In this document: positions 37,061 through 44,050 of the stretch, in pieces | How positions within the stretch are numbered: the stretch's first letter is position 1 | How the letters are laid out: each line of letters begins with the position of its first letter | Source: Bacillota bacterium | GTDB taxonomy: Bacteria > Bacillota > Clostridia > Oscillospirales > Acutalibacteraceae | Direction: 5' to 3' | NCBI GenBank assembly: GCA_023397245.1 | Contig: JAEWUH010000235.1 | Span: 1-44,050, forward strand | Length of the DNA stretch: 44,050 nucleotides | The notes under the pieces: generated by a model | Told to the model about the DNA's origin: nothing | Seen by the model: only the letters and a program-made list of their open reading frames with translations | Database searches by the model: none | Program-made: the position numbers and the translations under genes

Positions 37061-38437
37061 GTGAAATTATCTTTGTCCGGCGTAAAGGACATGACTCAGG
37101 GAAATCCTTATAAGCTGATTTTTGCATTTTCCATTCCACTTTTAATCGGCAACGTATTCCAGCAGCTGTACAATATGGTGGACAGCATCGTGGTCGGTAA
37201 TTTTGTGGGAACAAAAGCGCTGGCCGCGGTAGGCACGGGCTTTCCGGTCATCTTTATGCTCAGTTCTCTGTTCATCGGGATCGGCATCGGCACCACGATC
37301 ATGATCTCCCAGTATTTCGGCGCCCGGGATATGGAAAGCCTTGAAAATACCGTGAATACGGTTTACACCGCGATGATGATCGGCTGCATTCCGCTGACCG
37401 TGATCGGCATTGTGTGCAGCGGGCCGCTTCTGGAACTGATGAACGTTCCGAAGGACGGAACGTTTGAAATGGCAAAAATCTATATGATCGTTATCTTCGC
37501 GGGAATCATCGGAACCGTCGGATACAATATCAACGCGGGCATCCTGCAGGGGTTGGGCGACAGCCACACCTCCCTGCTGTTCCTGCTGATTGCTACGATC
37601 ATCAACATTGTGCTGGACCTTCTGTTTACCATCGCCTTCGGGTGGGGGGTGTTCGGCGTCGCGTTTGCCACGATCATCTCGGAATTCTGTTCGTGGGTTT
37701 TCGGCATTTCCTTTATTAACAAACATTATTCGTTTATCAATATCAATGTGTTCCGGTTCCGGTTTGACGGCGGCCTGTTCAAAAAGGCGATGAAGCTCGG
37801 CATCCCGTCCGGGGTACAGCAGGCGCTGTTTTCCGTGGGGATCATGGTGATGCAGGCGCTGGTAAACTCCTACGGCTCCGATTTTATGGCCGGCTTCAAC
37901 GGCGCGAACAAGATCGATACGTTTGCGTTCATGCCGATTCAAAGCTTTGCGACTGCGGTTACCACGTATGTGGGCCAGAACGTGGGCGCTTCCAAGCTGG
38001 AACGCGTAAAATCCGGCACCAGCGCGGGGCTTGTGCTTTCCGTCGGCTCCAGCGTGGTGATCTGCGCGGTCATCTACCCGCTCAGCGCGCTGCTGATGCG
38101 CATGTTCAGTCAGGACCCGGACGTAATCCTCTCCGGTGTGGCCTACCTGCACTGCGTGCTTCCGTTTTATCTGCTGCTGGCGCTGCTGTTCATTATCAGC
38201 GCCGTTCTGAAGGGCGCCGGCGAAATGATGGTCCCGATGATCGCCACTTTCGTTTCCCTGTGGTTTGCCCGCGTGCCCACCGCCTACCTGATTGCAAATC
38301 TGTGGGGAAAGGAATACATCTACTATTCCTACGCGGTCGGCTGGTTCCTCGGCTTTGTGATCGCCTACGTATATTATCGATCCGGCAGGTGGAAAAACAA
38401 AAGCATTGTTTCCGGCAGCCGCCCCAATACAGAATAA
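37061..38437 (+). CDS. MATE family efflux transporter
   Basis: 12-TM profile. The N-terminus PYKLIFAFSIPLLIGNVFQQLYNMVDSIVVG is MATE-typical. GTG start 7 nt after AAGGAG. Confidence 0.85.
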   Translation: MKLSLSGVKDMTQGNPYKLIFAFSIPLLIGNVFQQLYNMVDSIVVGNFVGTKALAAVGTGFPVIFMLSSLFIGIGIGTTIMISQYFGARDMESLENTVNTVYTAMMIGCIPLTVIGIVCSGPLLELMNVPKDGTFEMAKIYMIVIFAGIIGTVGYNINAGILQGLGDSHTSLLFLLIATIINIVLDLLFTIAFGWGVFGVAFATIISEFCSWVFGISFINKHYSFININVFRFRFDGGLFKKAMKLGIPSGVQQALFSVGIMVMQALVNSYGSDFMAGFNGANKIDTFAFMPIQSFATAVTTYVGQNVGASKLERVKSGTSAGLVLSVGSSVVICAVIYPLSALLMRMFSQDPDVILSGVAYLHCVLPFYLLLALLFIISAVLKGAGEMMVPMIATFVSLWFARVPTAYLIANLWGKEYIYYSYAVGWFLGFVIAYVYYRSGRWKNKSIVSGSRPNTE

Positions 38438-38444
38438 TCGCTTT

Positions 38445-38480
38445 TGCCGTGCGTTCCGAAACGGAGCGCACGGCATTTTT
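38445..38480 (+). terminator. Intrinsic terminator of the MATE operon
   Basis: Stem tgccgtgcg..cgcacggca followed by TTTTT. Confidence 0.8.
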
Positions 38481-38555
38481 ATGCTCTGTGCCGCCGGAAA
38501 GGATTCACTCCGGAATAAAATTTTACTTTATCCGGTAAAAATTTTAAAAAGGCAC

Positions 38556-38604
38556 TTGACAAACCGCTTCGTTAGTTTTATAGTTAATTACACAAGTAAC
38601 TAAC
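38556..38604 (+). promoter_or_regulatory. Promoter with an overlapping palindromic operator candidate for the GntR (YtrA-type) operon
   Basis: TTGACA (38556-61), 17-nt spacer, TATAGT (38579-84). Nested inverted repeats: GTTAGTT (38571-77) with AACTAAC (38598-604), and TAGTTA (38581-86) with TAACTA (38597-602). Confidence 0.5.
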
Positions 38605-38630
38605 TACTTAACCTGCAAAGGAGTGAAGAC

Positions 38631-39008
38631 ATGGGCTTTGGAGAAGAAAAATCCATTTACCTGCAGATCGCAGAGAAAATAGAAGATGCAATCCTTTCCG
38701 GCGCGTTCCGGGAGGAGGAACAGATTCCAAGCACGACGGAATTTTCGGTAAACATGAAAATTAATCCGGCAACCGCGCTCAAGGGAATCAATCTGCTGAC
38801 AGAAGACGATATCGTCTACAAGAAACGAGGGCTTGGTATGTTCGTATGTCCCGGCGCGAAAGAAAAGATTTTAAGTAAGCGCAAAAAAGACTTTTCCGTT
38901 CACTACGTGCAGGCGCTTCTGAGTGAAGCCAAAAAGCTGAAAATCGGCAGGGATGAGATTATAGCGATGATTGAGAGGGGTTATGACCATGAGCAGAATC
39001 GAGATTAA
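38631..39008 (+). CDS. GntR family transcriptional regulator, YtrA subfamily
   Basis: 125 aa. The winged HTH (IYLQIAEKIEDAILSG......IPSTTEFSVNMKINPATALKGINLL) has only a short C-terminal tail. Confidence 0.85.
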   Translation: MGFGEEKSIYLQIAEKIEDAILSGAFREEEQIPSTTEFSVNMKINPATALKGINLLTEDDIVYKKRGLGMFVCPGAKEKILSKRKKDFSVHYVQALLSEAKKLKIGRDEIIAMIERGYDHEQNRD

Positions 39009-39834
39009 GAACATCACCAAAAAATTCGGCGATGTAACCGCTTTAAACAATGTTACCCTGAGTTTGGAGGGCAGCCACATCTACGGGCTTCTTGGGCGGA
39101 ACGGAGCCGGTAAAACCACGCTGCTGAACCTGATTACCGGAAGGATGTTCCCCACCGAGGGCGAAATTCGGATCGACGGAGAAAAGGTTCTGGAAAACGA
39201 CCGGGCGCTTTCGAAGATGTACTGCATGTCGGAACTAAACCTGTACCCGGAGCGGATGAGGGTGCGGGACGCGTTCCGCTGGAGCGCGGAATTCTTCCCG
39301 AATTTCGATAAGGAATACGCGCAGGAGCTCTGCGAGAAATTCGAGCTGAAAACAAACCTGAAAATCAGAAACCTGTCCACCGGCTACGCCTCTGTTTTCA
39401 AGATCATTGTTGCGCTCTCCTGCGGCACGGAGATCGTTCTGTTTGACGAACCGGTGCTCGGCCTGGACGCAAACCACCGCGAGCTTTTCTATAAGGAGCT
39501 GATTCAAAACTTCAGCGACCATCCGCGGACTATCGTTCTTTCCACACACCTCATTGAGGAGGTTGCGGGGATCATCGACCGGGTGGTTATGATCAAGAAC
39601 GGCGAGCTTGTAATGGACAGCGACGTGGAGGAAGTTCTCAATACCGGCTACAGCGTAGGCGGCCCCGCCGCAGAGGTTGACGAATATGTAAAAGGCAAAA
39701 AGGTGCTCGGCTGCGACATGCTCGGCGGTTACAAATCCGCCTATCTGCCGGGAAAACCGGAAAACGTTCCGGAAGGCCTCACCGTTGGAAAACTGGAACT
39801 CCAGAAGCTGTTTATTCAGCTTACAAATGCTTAA
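38989..39834 (+). CDS. ABC transporter ATP-binding protein (YtrB-like)
   Basis: Walker A GRNGAGKTT, signature LSTGYASVF (degenerate), and Walker B VLFDEPVLGLD. The start overlaps the GntR gene end. Confidence 0.85.
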   Translation: MSRIEIKNITKKFGDVTALNNVTLSLEGSHIYGLLGRNGAGKTTLLNLITGRMFPTEGEIRIDGEKVLENDRALSKMYCMSELNLYPERMRVRDAFRWSAEFFPNFDKEYAQELCEKFELKTNLKIRNLSTGYASVFKIIVALSCGTEIVLFDEPVLGLDANHRELFYKELIQNFSDHPRTIVLSTHLIEEVAGIIDRVVMIKNGELVMDSDVEEVLNTGYSVGGPAAEVDEYVKGKKVLGCDMLGGYKSAYLPGKPENVPEGLTVGKLELQKLFIQLTNA

Positions 39835-39847
39835 GGGGGCTGCCGTC

Positions 39848-40612
39848 ATGAATTTATCATCAATAAAAGTTCCGGTAAAATACCAGTTGTTTACTTTTCG
39901 TCACACAGTTCTTATCATGTACCTCTGCGTATACCTTGTGGTCGCTTTTACCGCTGTTTCAAATATGCTGAATCGTCCCGATTATGCTTTCTGTACCGCG
40001 ATGGAATCCGTTTCCGCAATCACGATTTTTGTCATCGGGCTGAATTCGTTTAAAGAGGATTTTAAATTTTTCGCCGCAAACAGCATTTCACGCAGGACGC
40101 AGTTTTTCAGCACGGCCGCCGCGCTCGGAATCGTATCCGTACTCTTTGCCTTTATTGATACAGTAAACAGCATTCTGTATTCCTTTATTCCTTCTATAGA
40201 GTATCATTCGATCTTTTCTTTTCTGTACTACGGCTACCGTTTTGACCCGCTTGCCAAGCAGATACTGACCGCAGAACAGCTCATTGGGAATTTCTTCTGG
40301 CTGATTTTTCTTGACTTCTGGCTCGCCATGCTCGGGCTGTTCATCACAACGCTGTATTACCGGATGAACAAGGGCCTAAAGATTGCCGTATCTGTCGCGG
40401 TTCCCGTTTTGCTGAATTTTGGGCTTGACGGGCTCGACCGTTCTACCGGCGGCAAATCTACGAACCTGATTTCCGCAATCTTCCGCTTTGCCTTCTTCGG
40501 CAACTATCAAGACCATAACCCTTATATCGGGATGCTCAGCATGTTCATTCTTGCCGCAATTGCCGCCGCGCTGGCGCTCGTCCTTGCACGGAAAGCCGAC
40601 ATCAAGAAATAA
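39848..40612 (+). CDS. Integral membrane protein, putative ABC-2-type permease partner
   Basis: Six predicted TM segments. AAGGGGG RBS before the ATG at 39848. Its position after the ATPase matches YtrA-type operons. No sequence motif recognised. Confidence 0.6.
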   Translation: MNLSSIKVPVKYQLFTFRHTVLIMYLCVYLVVAFTAVSNMLNRPDYAFCTAMESVSAITIFVIGLNSFKEDFKFFAANSISRRTQFFSTAAALGIVSVLFAFIDTVNSILYSFIPSIEYHSIFSFLYYGYRFDPLAKQILTAEQLIGNFFWLIFLDFWLAMLGLFITTLYYRMNKGLKIAVSVAVPVLLNFGLDGLDRSTGGKSTNLISAIFRFAFFGNYQDHNPYIGMLSMFILAAIAAALALVLARKADIKK

Positions 40613-40620
40613 CTTTTATC

Positions 40621-40660
40621 AGGCACGCTGTACTCGGAAGGGGCAGCGTGCCTTCATTTT
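40621..40660 (+). terminator. Intrinsic terminator of the GntR-ABC operon
   Basis: 10-bp stem aggcacgctg / cagcgtgcct followed by a T-rich tract. Confidence 0.75.
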
Positions 40661-40719
40661 GAATAAAAGAAAATTTTTCGGCACATAATATGGATAAATT
40701 TACTATCGAGGTGCTGAAT

Positions 40720-41049
40720 ATGACCCATCTGCAGTGTGACGTAAAAAACTGTGCCAATTACAAGGACGAACTGTGCTGCAAACCGGATATCAAAATCGAC
40801 GGCCCGTGCGCCTGCGGCTGCGAGCAGACCTGCTGCTCCTCCTTTTTTGACGCCGGCTCTTCCGGCGCGGAGAATTCCGTCGGCTATAATAATCTGCCGA
40901 ACCTTGCTTTGGAAATCGACTGCTCCGCGAATAACTGCGTGTACAACACGAATAACAAATGTTTTGCCGATGAAGTCAGCGTAAACCCGGAGGCAGACTA
41001 CCCGGATACCGCGGCCAAAACGGAATGCTCTACGTTCCGGTTCCGGTAA
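40720..41049 (+). CDS. DUF1540 domain-containing protein (two Cys-rich repeats)
   Basis: Two copies of the C-x-V-x-N-C-x-Y/N....C-C/F pattern: CDVKNCANYKDELCC and CSANNCVYNTNNKCF. GAGGTG lies 6 nt before the ATG at 40720. Confidence 0.75.
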   Translation: MTHLQCDVKNCANYKDELCCKPDIKIDGPCACGCEQTCCSSFFDAGSSGAENSVGYNNLPNLALEIDCSANNCVYNTNNKCFADEVSVNPEADYPDTAAKTECSTFRFR

Positions 41050-41135
41050 CGCGGCGCGGCTTGCCCGGCAGTAACCCCGCAGACCGCGAAAAGCCGTGCC
41101 GGTCAGGGCGCAGGCGCGACTTTTCCCCGCCTGAA

Positions 41136-41178
41136 GAAACGGACGGAGCCGAATCGGCGCCGTCCGTTTCTTATTTTA
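41136..41178. terminator. Bidirectional terminator between DUF1540 and ade
   Basis: 11-bp stem gaaacggacgg / ccgtccgtttc. It abuts the ade stop codon, and a T-run follows on the plus strand. Confidence 0.75.
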
Positions 41179-42871
41179 TGAATTCATTCGCGTTTACATC
41201 AAACAAGCCGGCGTCCGTAATGCGGAGCTCGGGAATAACCGGCAGCGACAGGAACGAAAGGTTCTGAAACACGTCAATATCCTCAGGCACGCCCATTCGG
41301 CGGGCTGCTTCCGCCATTTCCTTCAGTTCGCGTATCATGTCCGTGTCACGGTCGTCGGTGAACAGCCCCGCTACGGGCAGAGGAAGAGTTTTCACCGCTT
41401 TGCCGTCCCTGACGATGGCGTACCCGCCACCGCAGGCCTTCAGCTCCGCCACGGCCGCACGCATATCCGCGTCGCTGTCGCCGATCACGATCAGGTTGTG
41501 GGCGTCGTGCGCCACCGTGGAAGCGATTGCACCGTTTTTTAGGCCGAAGCCTTTCACAGCACCCAGCCCGATGCGTCCCGAGCCGTCGTGCCGCTGGACG
41601 ACCGCGATTTTAAGCAGGTCATCCCTCGGGGTAAAAACGCCGTCCTTCGCCGGAAGCCGCAGCATAAGCTTCCGGGTGGTAATCTGGCCGGGAATTACAC
41701 CAATTACCGGGAATTCGCCCTCTGTCCGCAACTGGAAGCAGTCCTCCCTGAGTTCGGGGATATGGACGCTGTGCCGAATTCGGGTGTCTGCTTCGGCTTT
41801 TTCCCCGGAATATTTCATATCCCGCATGGATACGCCGTCCTTATAGACGTCTGCTATTGTAAGGTCGTTCAAGCTGTCCAGCACAACCAAATCCGCACGG
41901 CAGCCGGGAGCCACTGCGCCGACATTCCTTAACCCGTAAGCGCGCGCAGCGTTCAGCGTGGCAAGCTTAATGGCTTTTACCGGGTCAAGTCCCAGATCGA
42001 TCGCCATTCTGATATTGTTGTTGATGTGTCCCCTGCGGGCGATATCGTCAAGGTGAACGTCGTCCGTACAGAACACACAGCGATCCAGACTGATCCCGTC
42101 CCGGAGCGCACCGGAGAGGATTTCGGTAAGGTTCTTGGCCGCGGAGCCCTGCCGTATCTGCACGATAAAGCCCGCGCGGAGCCGTTCGAGCGCGGAGGGA
42201 TAATCGCCGCACTCGTGGTCCGTATCCACCCCGGCAAGCCGGTAGGCCTGCAGCGCTTTTCCAGTGAGTCCCGGGGAATGGCCGTCAATCGTCTTCGGCT
42301 CAAGCAGACCGATTTTTTCAAGCAGCCCGCGGTCGCCGGAAACCGCCGCCCCGTAGTTCATGACCTCCCCCAGTCCAACCACGCGCGGATTACCGGTAAG
42401 CTCTTTCATCTGCTCCGTGCCGAACACGCCGCCGTTATGGTCGGTTTCATTGAGCGGTACACAGGAGGGCAGCACAAAATACACGTTCAGCCCGCAGCTT
42501 TCGCTGTCCGCCAAAAGATACCGTATGCCGTCAAGGCCGCAGACGTTGGCAATCTCATGCGGGTCGGCAATCACCGTAGTCGTGCCGCAGGGCAGAACCT
42601 TTTCGGCAAACAGGCGCGGCGACACCATGGAGGATTCGATATGGACGTGCGCATCGATAAAGCCGGGCGCCACCGTTTTCCCCGTCAGATCGATTTCATG
42701 CGCGCCGCGGTAGGCTCCCACGCCGGCTATGTATCCGCCGCGTATGGCGATATCCGCCGCAAACAGCGTTTCGGTATAAACATCGACAATACCGGCGTTC
42801 TTCAGAATAAGGTCCGGCTCCTCTGCTCCCAGCGATGTTCCCATAAGCTCCAGCTTTTTCCGAATTTCCAT
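41171..42871 (-). CDS. ade: Adenine deaminase
   Basis: About 566 aa in the amidohydrolase superfamily, with PGFIDAHVHIESS. The long C-terminal domain is typical of Ade. GGGAGG lies 7 nt before the ATG at 42871. Confidence 0.85.
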   Translation of the reverse strand: MEIRKKLELMGTSLGAEEPDLILKNAGIVDVYTETLFAADIAIRGGYIAGVGAYRGAHEIDLTGKTVAPGFIDAHVHIESSMVSPRLFAEKVLPCGTTTVIADPHEIANVCGLDGIRYLLADSESCGLNVYFVLPSCVPLNETDHNGGVFGTEQMKELTGNPRVVGLGEVMNYGAAVSGDRGLLEKIGLLEPKTIDGHSPGLTGKALQAYRLAGVDTDHECGDYPSALERLRAGFIVQIRQGSAAKNLTEILSGALRDGISLDRCVFCTDDVHLDDIARRGHINNNIRMAIDLGLDPVKAIKLATLNAARAYGLRNVGAVAPGCRADLVVLDSLNDLTIADVYKDGVSMRDMKYSGEKAEADTRIRHSVHIPELREDCFQLRTEGEFPVIGVIPGQITTRKLMLRLPAKDGVFTPRDDLLKIAVVQRHDGSGRIGLGAVKGFGLKNGAIASTVAHDAHNLIVIGDSDADMRAAVAELKACGGGYAIVRDGKAVKTLPLPVAGLFTDDRDTDMIRELKEMAEAARRMGVPEDIDVFQNLSFLSLPVIPELRITDAGLFDVNANEFIK

Positions 42872-43078
42872 ACAGCCGCCTCCCGGGTAAATTTTCCTTA
42901 TCATAGCACAGTGCTTTAAAATATTCAATGAAAAGCGCCCATGGAACAGGTAATATTTATATTATATTATACGCGCTCAAACCCGTTAAATCGTTGTCAT
43001 CTTTTGTAACTTTACTTGAGGTGCGGGCGTTCCTATGATATACTATATTTTATAAGCAGAGGTAAGGAGGAATACAAT

Positions 43079-43975
43079 ATGGCACTGAAATTCAACCCAA
43101 AATCGGCTGTAATTCTCGCCGCCGCGGGGCTGGTGATTCTGGGCGGCTGCGGCAGTACGCCGGGCAGCTCTTCCGGCACGGCTTCTTCCCGGAGTTCCGC
43201 GCAAAGCACGGTTTCTCAGGCCGCCGCGGAAAGTTCTCAGACTGCGCGTTCAGCCGTATCGTCGGCAGCGCCGAGTTCGGATTCCAAAAGTGTGCAGCTT
43301 ACCGTAGTACCGATAAAAGCTCCTGCCACCGTTGTTCCCGAAAGCACAAAGGCGGATTTCTCCTATCTTGACGACGCCGTTTTTATCGGCGATTCGGTTT
43401 CCCTGAAGCTCAAAAACTACGTTACGGCAAAACGCAAAACCAGCGTCGGCTTCTTTGGCAAGGCGCAGTTTCTGACCGCCGGAAGCATGGGCAGCGGGAA
43501 CGCGCTTAAGCCGCTGAGCGCTTCGTCCATCCATCCCTCTTATAACGGCAAAAAAGCCCTGCTGGAAGACAACGTGGCGGCAATGGGCGCAAAGAAGATC
43601 TACATCATGCTCGGCATCAACGACATTGCACCGTACGGGACGGACGACGCCGTTAAAAATATGGCCAAGTTGATTGCGAAAATTCAGGCCAAATCACCGG
43701 ACGCGAAAATATTTGTCCAGTCCTCCACACCGATGATCAAAAAGATGCAGATGACGTCGCTGAATAACCCGAACCTGGCCGACTATGATTACAAGCTGAG
43801 CGTTATGTGCAAAGAGAAGGGCTATTCTTTTGTGGACGTTGCTTCCGTGATGCGCGACAAAGAGGGCAACCTTCCGCTGGAATACTGCAGCGACCCCGAC
43901 GTTCTCGGCATGCACTTTACGGACAAGGCCTGCGAAATCTGGATTGACTACCTTCTAAAGCACACAGTAAAGTAA
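43079..43975 (+). CDS. SGNH/GDSL-family hydrolase lipoprotein
   Basis: Lipobox ILGGC and a Ser/Ala-rich linker. Block I is FIGDSVS and the late block is DVLGMHF. AAGGAGG RBS. Confidence 0.8.
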   Translation: MALKFNPKSAVILAAAGLVILGGCGSTPGSSSGTASSRSSAQSTVSQAAAESSQTARSAVSSAAPSSDSKSVQLTVVPIKAPATVVPESTKADFSYLDDAVFIGDSVSLKLKNYVTAKRKTSVGFFGKAQFLTAGSMGSGNALKPLSASSIHPSYNGKKALLEDNVAAMGAKKIYIMLGINDIAPYGTDDAVKNMAKLIAKIQAKSPDAKIFVQSSTPMIKKMQMTSLNNPNLADYDYKLSVMCKEKGYSFVDVASVMRDKEGNLPLEYCSDPDVLGMHFTDKACEIWIDYLLKHTVK

Positions 43976-43989
43976 CGGAGGATTTCAAA

Positions 43990-44050
43990 TGAAGAAGTTG
44001 CTTTCCCTTTTGCTTTCAGTAATCCTTTTGTGCTCTTTTACAGCCTGTAC
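43990..44050 (+). CDS. Lipoprotein, 5' fragment (continues beyond the window)
   Basis: GGAGG RBS followed by MKKLLSLLLSVILLCSFTAC, a signal peptide with a lipobox. Truncated by the window edge. Confidence 0.6.

Noticed and set aside
42872-43010. Purine (adenine/guanine) riboswitch upstream of adenine deaminase.
   Set aside because: The upstream RNA lacks the conserved three-way junction core (UAUAAU...GGAUAUGG...CUACC). Only an AT-rich loop flanked by a short GC stem is present.
1-44050. CRISPR arrays, tRNA/rRNA genes, IS elements, integrases, toxin-antitoxin pairs, and restriction-modification or other defence modules.
   Set aside because: I scanned intergenic regions and ORF products on both strands. 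I found no spaced direct repeats, cloverleaf-like segments, DDE/tyrosine/serine recombinase motifs or defence-associated domains. This was a scan by eye only; tRNAscan, Infernal and DefenseFinder would be decisive.

Overview
This 44 kb window looks like chromosomal backbone from a moderately GC-rich, spore-forming Firmicute of class Clostridia. That assignment is inferred from sigK with a pro-sequence, a DUF1540 protein, Cof-type HAD and MurNAc-PTS genes, and GGAGG-type ribosome binding sites. All product calls come from motifs I recognise by eye; no searches were run. Coding density is high, and most operons end in clear hairpin plus T-run terminators. I found no rRNA, tRNA, CRISPR array, transposase, integrase or phage genes, and no recognisable defence system.

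Gene content from left to right:
- A nickel/cobalt ECF-type uptake operon: nikMN fusion, nikO, DUF3842, cooT.
- An FAD/Rieske oxidoreductase.
- A polar amino-acid ABC transporter.
- Xaa-Pro aminopeptidase, then marR with citrate synthase.
- A YbiT/YkpA-like ABC-F protein.
- A DtxR-like regulator with a zinc-ribbon protein.
- A divergent MurNAc recycling island: murQ-murR-HAD on one strand, murP-mupG-HPr on the other.
- sigK and a methyl-accepting chemotaxis protein (MCP).
- A GltD/NfnB-like oxidoreductase, Mrp/NBP35 and gpsA.
- An OmpR/HK two-component system.
- cysK.
- A MarA-like AraC regulator translationally coupled to clpP.
- A T-box-controlled PF04392-type ABC transporter.
- A cytidylate-kinase-like protein with a MATE exporter.
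- A YtrA-type GntR-ABC operon, DUF1540, adenine deaminase and an SGNH lipoprotein.

Most of the window is ordinary. The best candidates for something undescribed are:
1. A 22-codon polycysteine leader ORF (MKPVQCKRGTYCLGTVCCRCCR). It has its own Shine-Dalgarno sequence and lies between a consensus promoter and cysK.
2. The Ni/Co transporter operon, which lacks the Q/T transmembrane component, carries a terminator-like leader, and ends in a DUF3842-CooT pair.
3. An ATGA-overlapped MarA-like regulator/clpP pair.

All three are hypotheses that need comparative and experimental checks.
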